Under the pieces are notes generated by a model, which had not been told where the DNA came from, ran no database searches, and worked only from the letters and a program-made list of their open reading frames with translations. 21,715 nucleotides of DNA from Blastocatellia bacterium (GTDB taxonomy: Bacteria; Acidobacteriota; Blastocatellia; UBA7656), in NCBI GenBank assembly GCA_036003885.1, contig DASYSA010000061.1, positions 1 through 21,715 of the forward strand, written 5' to 3'. The position numbers and the translations under genes are program-made. This document shows positions 17,268 through 21,715 of this stretch, piece by piece (the first letter of the stretch is position 1; each line of letters begins with the position of its first letter).

Positions 17268-18542
17268 CTAACAGGCAAGCTGAACCTGGTTGAGATCGAG
17301 CCCTTCAAGCTGCCCGATCGCGGTGACCGCCAACTGCTTGCCACTGAAAATCTCGCGCGCCATCCGCTGCACATCCTGAGTGGCCACCCGGTCGATCCGT
17401 TCCAGTATTTCATCCAGCGTGAATTGGCGGCCAAAGAAGATCTCCTGCCGAGCGAGGTTGCTCATCCGAGCCGAAGTAGACTCGAGGCTCAGCATGATCG
17501 AGACCTTGAGCTGGTCCTTGGCGCGTTGAAGCTCGGCGTCAGACACCGCTTCGTCCCTGAACTTGCCGAACTCTTCGACGCTCAACCTTATGACCTCGCT
17601 GATCTGCTCCGGCGAGGTGGCCGCATACATCGAGAGATAGCCCGCGTCGGTGTATGCATTCACGCCTGAATAGACTGCGTAGGCAAGGCCGTGATCTTCT
17701 CTGATGGTCTGAAACAGGCGGGAGCTCATGCCGCCGCCGAGTATCACGTTCAACACGTGCACCGAGTAGCGGTCTTCGCTGGTCATCGACGGGCAGCGGG
17801 CCCCCAGGATCAGGTGGGCCTGCTCCAGTTCCTTGGTGAGGATTATCCGAGGAGCCGCGGAGGACGGCGCCGATACCGTCCGCTTCGCCGGCCGGTCGGT
17901 CAAATCGTTCAGATACCCTGAAACCATGTCGACGAAAGCAGCGTGGTGCAGGTTGCCCGCGCCGGCCACCACGAGGTTGCGCGGCGTGTACACATTATTG
18001 AAGAACTCGACTACGGCGTTGTGATCGAACGTAGACAGGGTTTCAGCGGTGCCAAGAATCGAGCGGCCCAGCGGATGATCGGGCCAGAAGTTCGCGACGA
18101 AGACTTCATGGACCAGATCATCGGGCGTGTCCTCCACCATCTTGATCTCCTCGAGGACGACGTTGCGCTCGCGATCCAACTCCTCGTCGGCGAAGTTTGG
18201 AGACGTGATGAGGTCGGCAAGGAGATCGAACGCTCGAGGCAGATGCTGGTCCAGCACCTTGACGTAGTAGCTGGCGACTTCGCGGCTGGTGAAGGCGTCG
18301 ACGTGACCGCCGATGGCATCACTCTCAACAGCGATCTCGCGAGATGTCCGCTTGCTTGTGCCCTTGAAGAGAGTGTGTTCGATGAAATGAGAGATGCCGT
18401 TGAGAGGCGCGGATTCGTGGCGAGAGCCCGAGCGAACCCAGATTCCCACGGAGGCAGATCTGACGTGGTTCATTCGCTCGCTTATGATTGTTAGACCATT
18501 GTTCAGAACTGTCTTTTCGATGGGACTTGCTTGTTCGTTCAT
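17268..18542 (-). CDS. M16 family (pitrilysin/insulinase-like) zinc peptidase
   Basis: 424-aa ORF. Inverted zincin motif HFIEHTLFKGT (HxxEH) with a downstream Glu. Confidence 0.9.
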   Translation of the reverse strand: MNEQASPIEKTVLNNGLTIISERMNHVRSASVGIWVRSGSRHESAPLNGISHFIEHTLFKGTSKRTSREIAVESDAIGGHVDAFTSREVASYYVKVLDQHLPRAFDLLADLITSPNFADEELDRERNVVLEEIKMVEDTPDDLVHEVFVANFWPDHPLGRSILGTAETLSTFDHNAVVEFFNNVYTPRNLVVAGAGNLHHAAFVDMVSGYLNDLTDRPAKRTVSAPSSAAPRIILTKELEQAHLILGARCPSMTSEDRYSVHVLNVILGGGMSSRLFQTIREDHGLAYAVYSGVNAYTDAGYLSMYAATSPEQISEVIRLSVEEFGKFRDEAVSDAELQRAKDQLKVSIMLSLESTSARMSNLARQEIFFGRQFTLDEILERIDRVATQDVQRMAREIFSGKQLAVTAIGQLEGLDLNQVQLAC

Positions 18543-18573
18543 AACTCACCCGTGAAGGCGATGCTAGCATACG

Positions 18574-18710
18574 GGATGGGGAAATGCGAAATGGGAAAAG
18601 GGAAATTCGAAATTCGAAATTCGACATGCGGTGCGGACCGAGCATCCCAAACTCGCAATCCGAATTTCGAATTTCGCATTTCGCATTTCGCATTTCGAAT
18701 TTCCCTTTGA
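18574..18710. repeat. Heptamer-built hairpin H7 ((cgaaatg/cgaaatt/gggaaa)n vs (gaatttc/gcatttc)n), in divergent promoter region
   Basis: gggaaatgcgaaatgggaaaagggaaattcgaaattcgaaattcga | catgcggtgcggaccgagcatcccaaactcgcaatc | cgaatttcgaatttcgcatttcgcatttcgcatttcgaatttccc. It shares the heptamer vocabulary and the gggaaat...atttccc ends with H3. Confidence 0.9.
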
Positions 18711-18833
18711 TACAATCTCGCCGCTTTTAGTTCGCGAGCCAGTCAGGAACTATGAAGAGCCTGCGTCGTACGCCCCGTCGCCGAAGATCGCCCATCCTGA
18801 ATCTGCCGGCGACTGCTCGCCGATAGGAGATTT

Positions 18834-19415
18834 ATGTGGGAACCGCTGTCGAACGTCAGCCCGCTTTCAGTCTTTCTCGGCATTGCCGCTGTCGGGTTTC
18901 TCTTCCTACTGATCTCGCTCATCTTCGGGGGGATCTTCGATCACTTCGACCTCGGCCACGGCATCGATCACGATCTCGGCCACGGCGGACCCGGCTTCCT
19001 CAGCACCCGAGGGATCGCGGTCTTCATTACGTCCTTCGGCGGCTTCGGCGCAATCGGCATCTACAGCGGCTATGGCGTGGCGCCGAGTTCCTTCGCCGGG
19101 TTCGTCGGCGGTATGGTCATGTTGACGCTGGTATTCTTCTTCGCGCGATTCCTCTATGGCCAGCAAGCTTCGAGCGCTGTAATCACCGCGGACCTTGTCG
19201 GCCGCACTGCTCAGGTATCCGTCGCCATCCCGGAGAATGGAATCGGGCAGGTACGCTGCCTGATCAGTGAAAGCATTGTGGATAAGCTCGCGCGATCACA
19301 TGACGGCCAGGCAATCGCCTTCGGCGCGGCTGTAAAGATCGATGAAATAATGGGAGAGGCGGTAATAGTCAGCCCTGCGAGCGGCTCGCGTCCGGGCCCC
19401 GCAAAGGCGGGCTGA
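18834..19415 (+). CDS. NfeD-like membrane protein (YuaF/YqiJ type: 3 TM + C-terminal OB-fold) with His-rich loop
   Basis: 193-aa ORF with SD AGGAG. Three hydrophobic helices, then VITADLVGRTAQVSVAIPENGIGQVRCLISESIVDKLARSHDGQAIAFGAAVKIDEIMGEAVIVSP, matching the NfeD beta-barrel pattern. It sits immediately upstream of the flotillin gene, as yuaF-floT does in Bacillus. Confidence 0.7.
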   Translation: MWEPLSNVSPLSVFLGIAAVGFLFLLISLIFGGIFDHFDLGHGIDHDLGHGGPGFLSTRGIAVFITSFGGFGAIGIYSGYGVAPSSFAGFVGGMVMLTLVFFFARFLYGQQASSAVITADLVGRTAQVSVAIPENGIGQVRCLISESIVDKLARSHDGQAIAFGAAVKIDEIMGEAVIVSPASGSRPGPAKAG

Positions 19416-19441
19416 GCGAATCATCCCAACGGAGGACCTTC

Positions 19442-21079
19442 ATGAATTATCAAAACCTGGCCATCCCGATTCTGGTTCTCATTGTCCTGCTTGCGTTCCT
19501 GATCGTGATGTGGCTGTTTGCCCGCAACTACATCAAGGTGCCGCCCAACATCGCCGCCGTCTTATCCGGCCGCAAACGCAAACTCGCCGACGGACGCGTT
19601 GTCGGCTACCGGCTTGTAAAGGGCGGAGCCGCCCTTCGCATCCCGCTTCTGGAAAAGGTCGACTACCTCGAGCTCAATGTCATGACCATCCCGCTCGAAA
19701 TCCGGCGGGCCTACACCCTCAACGGGGTGCCGGTCGGGGTCAAGGCAGTCGCCAACGTGAAGATAAAGGGTGACGATATCTCGCTGCAGGCGGCCGCCGA
19801 GCGCTTTCTCGGTATGTCGGTTCAGGAACTCCAGAAAGTAATCTTCCAGACACTCGAAGGACACCTGCGCGCGATACTCGGCACGATGAGCGTCGAAGAG
19901 ATCAACAACGACCGGCAGAGCTTCGCTCAAAAGCTGACGACGGAGGCTGCCTCCGATCTCGAGCGCATGGGCATAGGCGTCGACGTGCTGACCATTCAGG
20001 AGATCAGCGACGAAGAGGGCTACCTGGACGCGCTTGGAAAGAAACGCACCGCCGAAGTGAAACGAGACGGCCAGATCGGTGAGGCCGAAGCGACGCGCGA
20101 CTCGAAGATCAAGTCCAGCCTCGCAATGCAGGAAGGCGAAAAGGTCAAGCTCGACACCGAAGCCAATATCTCGCTCGCTCAACGCGACCTTGAAGTGAAG
20201 AAGGCACAGTATCAGGCCGAGATCGAAAAGGAGCGCTCTACGGCCGAGCAAGCCGGTCCCCTGTCATCGGCAAAGGCGAGGCAAGCCGTCGTCGCCGAGG
20301 AGGTAAGGATCGAGAGGGTGCGCACCCAGGAACAGATCTCCGTTCAGGAGCAGGAGATTCTGCGGCGCGAAAAGGAACTCGAAGCCACTATAGTCAAGCC
20401 GGCCGACGCCGCTCGCACTGCTGCCGTGCTCAAAGCTGAAGCTTCGAAGCAGTCGGCGATACTCGAGGCAGAAGGCAAGCGCGCTTCGCTGATCGCCATT
20501 GCCGAGGCCGATCAGGAGCGGTTGAGAAAAGAAGGCATCGGCCGAGCCGCCGCAATCGAGGCCGAAGGCAGGGCAGAAGCGGCCAAGATCGAGGCGATCG
20601 GACTGGCCCAGGCAAAAGCCATCGAAGCCCAGGGCCTCGCTGAGGCGACGGCCATTCTGAAGAAAGCAGAAGCCTGGAAGCAGTTCAACGAAGCGGCGCG
20701 GCTTCAAACGATCCTCGAGAAACTGCCCGGCATCATTCAAGCCTCGGCCCCGGTGTTCGGCGCCGTCGCCGCCCCACTCGGCAACATTGATAAGGTTGTT
20801 GTTATCGAACAGGGTAATGGCAATGGGCAGGGCGGCGTGAGCAGGTTCGCCTCCAATGCTCCAGCGGTCATCTTTGGATTGCTGCAGCAACTCGAAGCCC
20901 TCGGATTGAACGTACCGAGCCTGCTTTCCCAGTTCGGCTTGACGACAGGTGCCGAAGAAGCAGCGGCCCGCGCCAAAGCGGAGGTAGCGGCTACGGCGGA
21001 AGCAGCGGAGGCGGCGATTGAGTCCAGCGGGCGCAAGGAACCTCCCGCCGATTACGACCGAGTCGAACGAGAAAAGTGA
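19442..21079 (+). CDS. Flotillin family protein (SPFH/band-7 domain, FloT/YuaG-like)
   Basis: 545-aa ORF with SD GGAGG. N-terminal membrane anchor. SPFH domain. Long Ala/Glu-rich coiled-coil flotillin repeats: AEAEGKRASLIAIAEADQERLRKEGIGRAAAIEAEGRAEAAKIEAIGLAQAKAIEAQGLAEA. Confidence 0.9.
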   Translation: MNYQNLAIPILVLIVLLAFLIVMWLFARNYIKVPPNIAAVLSGRKRKLADGRVVGYRLVKGGAALRIPLLEKVDYLELNVMTIPLEIRRAYTLNGVPVGVKAVANVKIKGDDISLQAAAERFLGMSVQELQKVIFQTLEGHLRAILGTMSVEEINNDRQSFAQKLTTEAASDLERMGIGVDVLTIQEISDEEGYLDALGKKRTAEVKRDGQIGEAEATRDSKIKSSLAMQEGEKVKLDTEANISLAQRDLEVKKAQYQAEIEKERSTAEQAGPLSSAKARQAVVAEEVRIERVRTQEQISVQEQEILRREKELEATIVKPADAARTAAVLKAEASKQSAILEAEGKRASLIAIAEADQERLRKEGIGRAAAIEAEGRAEAAKIEAIGLAQAKAIEAQGLAEATAILKKAEAWKQFNEAARLQTILEKLPGIIQASAPVFGAVAAPLGNIDKVVVIEQGNGNGQGGVSRFASNAPAVIFGLLQQLEALGLNVPSLLSQFGLTTGAEEAAARAKAEVAATAEAAEAAIESSGRKEPPADYDRVEREK

Positions 21080-21103
21080 AGCCGAAGCGAGTGACAGGCA
21101 CCC

Positions 21104-21571
21104 ATGAAGACTGATCTCATTTATACATCGAAAGCCAGGCGCACGACTGTAGCCAACCGGGCAGTAGCGATTCATTGCAGCGACCATCGCTTTCAGGATG
21201 CCTTTCGCGAGTTTCTGACGGAGGGTCTGGGGCTAATCTCGTACGCGCTCATCGCGATCCCCGGCGGCGGCCACTTTACGTCGTTGACCGACATCATGCC
21301 CAAATTCGCCAAGGTCGGTTTTCAGAGCCTGTCATTCTTAATCGAGCGAACCGGCGCGCGCCGGATCATCCTGGTGGGCCACGAGGATTGCCTGTTCTTC
21401 CAGGAGATGCTTCGGTTCTATTTTACCGAGGCACATCTCCATGAAAAGCAATTTACAAGTCTTCGAAAGGCTAGCCGGGCGCTTCGCGAACGTTTCGAGG
21501 GCCAGTCCATCGAGCTTTACTTTGCGGCCGCAGGCTCTGACAATTCCATACAGTTCCTGAAGATCGAATAG
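21104..21571 (+). CDS. Hypothetical small protein with beta-carbonic-anhydrase-like motif arrangement (C-S-D-x-R ... PGGG ... V-G-H-x-x-C)
   Basis: 155-aa ORF starting 25 bp after the flotillin stop. HCSDHR (Cys25/Asp27/Arg29), IAIPGGGHF and RIILVGHEDC (His93/Cys96) are spaced like the CxDxR / RNAGG / HxxC zinc-site blocks of cab-type beta-CAs. Overall similarity cannot be verified here. Confidence 0.4.
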   Translation: MKTDLIYTSKARRTTVANRAVAIHCSDHRFQDAFREFLTEGLGLISYALIAIPGGGHFTSLTDIMPKFAKVGFQSLSFLIERTGARRIILVGHEDCLFFQEMLRFYFTEAHLHEKQFTSLRKASRALRERFEGQSIELYFAAAGSDNSIQFLKIE

Positions 21572-21575
21572 AGCC

Positions 21576-21620
21576 TCCCACTCTCCCACTCTCCCCTTCT
21601 CCCACTCTCCCATACTCCCA
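21576..21620. repeat. Pyrimidine-rich octamer tandem repeat (ctcccact)n
   Basis: ctcccact ctcccact ctcccctt ctcccact ctcccata ctccca. It abuts the -35 of the tRNA promoter directly. Confidence 0.9.
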
Positions 21621-21650
21621 TTGACCGGACCTCTTTCTCTCCCGTAGAAT
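21621..21650 (+). promoter_or_regulatory. Sigma70-like promoter for tRNA-Pro (TTGACC - 18 nt - TAGAAT)
   Basis: ttgacc at 21621..21626 and tagaat at 21645..21650, with an 18-nt spacer. The tRNA 5' end is ~16 nt downstream. Confidence 0.6.
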
Positions 21651-21664
21651 GAGGCTGGCTTTTA

Positions 21665-21715
<51 letters not shown>

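Noticed and set aside
17943-18494. 183-aa + strand ORF and 105/122-aa minus ORFs within or near the M16 peptidase gene
   Set aside because: They overlap the M16 CDS in other frames, and the 122-aa one runs through hairpin H7. No motifs or RBS.
19562-21187. 229-aa and 307-aa minus-strand ORFs overlapping the flotillin and betaCA-like genes
   Set aside because: Antisense to well-supported + strand genes. The repetitive GCC/GAG codon structure of the flotillin coiled-coil generates long open antisense frames.

Overview
High-GC (~60%) bacterial chromosomal window that is almost entirely coding. From the left it contains the 5' portion of a very large secreted MG-domain protein that looks alpha-2-macroglobulin-like (minus strand, running off the window), a divergently transcribed secreted M28 aminopeptidase, a Uma2 (DUF820) PD-(D/E)XK-type endonuclease and an orphan zf-HC2 anti-sigma-like protein. 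A long minus-strand co-directional gene chain follows: mutM, a TolA/TonB-like membrane protein, an aldo/keto reductase, a NUDIX hydrolase, purL, purQ, purS, purB, an MBL-fold hydrolase and an M16 zinc peptidase. A plus-strand module at the right end consists of an NfeD-like protein, a flotillin, and a small protein with a beta-carbonic-anhydrase-like Cys/Asp/Arg...His/Cys motif layout. The window ends with a sigma70-like promoter and the 5' part of tRNA-Pro(TGG). The most striking non-coding feature is a set of 7 long imperfect hairpins (65-137 bp) whose arms are built from short tandem heptamers. Each has a different heptamer vocabulary, and they sit exactly at gene junctions, several overlapping stop or start codons. 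The 300-bp gap between the TolA/TonB-like gene and the aldo/keto reductase holds a compound repeat region with four 27-nt direct repeats and three copies of a short GC hairpin. Nothing here looks like a canonical defence island or mobile element. The most novel candidates are the NfeD-flotillin-betaCA-like module, the heptamer-hairpin architecture and the 27-nt repeat array.
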